This document shows positions 62,329 to 64,000 of a DNA stretch of 64,000 bases, in pieces; the first letter of the stretch is position 1; every line of letters begins with the position of its first letter. The notes below the pieces were generated by a model. The model was not told the DNA's origin. It searched no databases and saw nothing but the letters and a program-made list of their open reading frames with translations. The DNA lies in NCBI RefSeq assembly GCF_021869535.1, contig NW_026262712.1:78616001-78680000 (forward strand), read 5' to 3'. The position numbers were made by a program, and so were the translations under genes. The DNA comes from Mytilus californianus. Taxonomy: Eukaryota.

Positions 62329-63139
62329 TTAATTTAACCACTAGGAATTAAACCTAACAAAATATACTATCATGGCATTAGAGTCTGATTTTACTATGTG
62401 CACATACCTTAGTGTTTGAGTGAGAAATTTTGTTTTCCTTTGTTTAGGTAATGTTTTTATTATGTTGAGATAATTAATTATATCATCCATTACATGCTTT
62501 ATTGTGATTTTTTGGGGGGAGAAAAACTAATGTGTTCTTTATTTATATCTCATAAAGGGTTCTCCAAACTCTACTTATTTTAATCCCTGTCTCCTTGAGA
62601 TCTGACTGATACCACCTTGACCTAGATTTGTCCTCTTCATTTATCAATGTCTTTTACAATGATATAACTTTTATAGTTCTGAGATAACTTCACATAAATA
62701 AGAGCGTCTTAAAGGTTGCAAGTATGAGACATGATCTCCTGTAGTAATGGTTTAAGATATGTTTAGAAAAAATATTTAAATACAAATAAATACAAAAACA
62801 ACCATTGATATCCAAATTACAAGAATGCTTGAGAAAATCATTTTTAATGGCCTAATCAAAAATTTCATTTAAGTTTATGTAAGCTATGAAACCTATCTTT
62901 TAGAAGCTTTTAAAATTAGTCATTGACCATAGACAAGTTAATGTATCTACTTACTCTAAATAGTCAAAATCTATAGTGGAATATTTTGACTGTATCAAAG
63001 CCCAAACTCCCCAGAAAAAATGTGCTGCCTGAAATATAACATCAAAAAAGGATCTTTTTATTTGGGCACTGCACAAGATGACGTCTACTTGTCCTGATTA
63101 TGATATTTCTATCTGAAATCAAGTACATCCACCTGAATT

Positions 63140-63260
63140 GCAGGGTTTTGCTCATTAATGAAGGACGTATGATGACGTTTAGTTGCTAACTTCTACTTCA
63201 TTCGGTCTCTGGTGGAGAGTTGTCTCATTGGCAATCATATCACATTTTTTTTTTTTTTAA
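63140..63260 (+). repeat. Penelope-like 3' end
   Basis: GGTGGAGAGTTGTCTCATTGGCAATCATATCACAT followed by a poly-T run. Confidence 0.65.
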
Positions 63261-64000
63261 AAAGAAGGCATCATTTAAAATCAGCAGATTAAGAATTTTG
63301 AGCTTTATTTCAGTAAAAGCTAAGATTCTGTGATAAAATTAAGTGTATCATTGTTCTGATTGCAAGTGGTTCTTTTTATAGTGTATATCAGTTTTATAGT
63401 GGTTTTCCTGTACTAATTTCTATTGTACATTCAGATATTCCACTGCTCAAGATCTAGATTTAAAGTGGGAGGATTTAGATCCATGTTCATGTGCTTCTAG
63501 CATTTAAGGAATGTCTTTTGCTTTTTCTATATGTGTTTTGTCTTTAAGGGAATTAATTGTTGATGGCAAATCTTTGATAGCCTCTGTTACATTTATTCAC
63601 AACATTTAGCTTGGTGTATAGAATTTACATGCTAATTATGAAATTATGCTGTCATACACTTTTTATCAGCAGCAGTACTTTAGGGTAGACCTCAAACTAC
63701 AGTATCATGAACAGTACAGGAAGAGGTAATAGTTGGCAAATGCATAGAACAAACCCTACTGTATAGAGTGTCAATGCAAAAACAAATTGATCTTCATTCC
63801 AAAAAAAAACAATATGCAATGATTGCAAGAGGCAATTATTGGACAACAACAGAATAATTATAACCTTTATCAATTAGTTTTCCAAGCTTAAAAGAAAGAT
63901 TTAAAGAACAATTCCTAAGCTTGCTAGCTTTATGAATCGTATTACTGTAAAGCTGGGTGTGAAACACCCCTTTCTATCAATTTCTTTCTTTCAAATAAAT

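Noticed and set aside
63430-63510. Possible terminal exon (YSTAQDLDLKWEDLDPCSCASSI) after a CAG acceptor
   Set aside because: Too short, with no recognisable homology and no supporting upstream exons.

Overview
This is AT-rich metazoan genomic DNA, most likely a bivalve of the Mytilus type (inferred from recalled repeat families, not from a search). Host genes I can support are three single-exon class A GPCRs (4361-5386 minus, 25384-26517 minus, 44655-45746 plus) and one 185-aa single-coding-exon gene (19222-19779 plus). That gene has an N-myristoylation motif and a His...Asn-Cys signature of permuted papain-like NlpC/P60 (LRAT/PPPDE-like) enzymes. Most of the rest is mobile DNA. There are three different RTE/RTE-X-like LINEs, one with intact ORF1 and ORF2. 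There are many 5'-truncated Penelope-like (probably Naiad-type) fragments and a CR1-like remnant. Helentron-associated-type elements carry internal 150-165 bp tandem units. I also find MITEs of PIF/Harbinger, Tc1/mariner and piggyBac type, long foldback elements capped by GNA/GNNA mini-hairpins, and two kinds of hammerhead-ribozyme-bearing repeats. An 800-bp segment downstream of GPCR1 is duplicated at 31.4-32.2 kb with no GPCR next to it. I found no rRNA, tRNA or CRISPR. All alignments, identities and repeat boundaries were judged by eye, so boundaries of decayed repeats are approximate.
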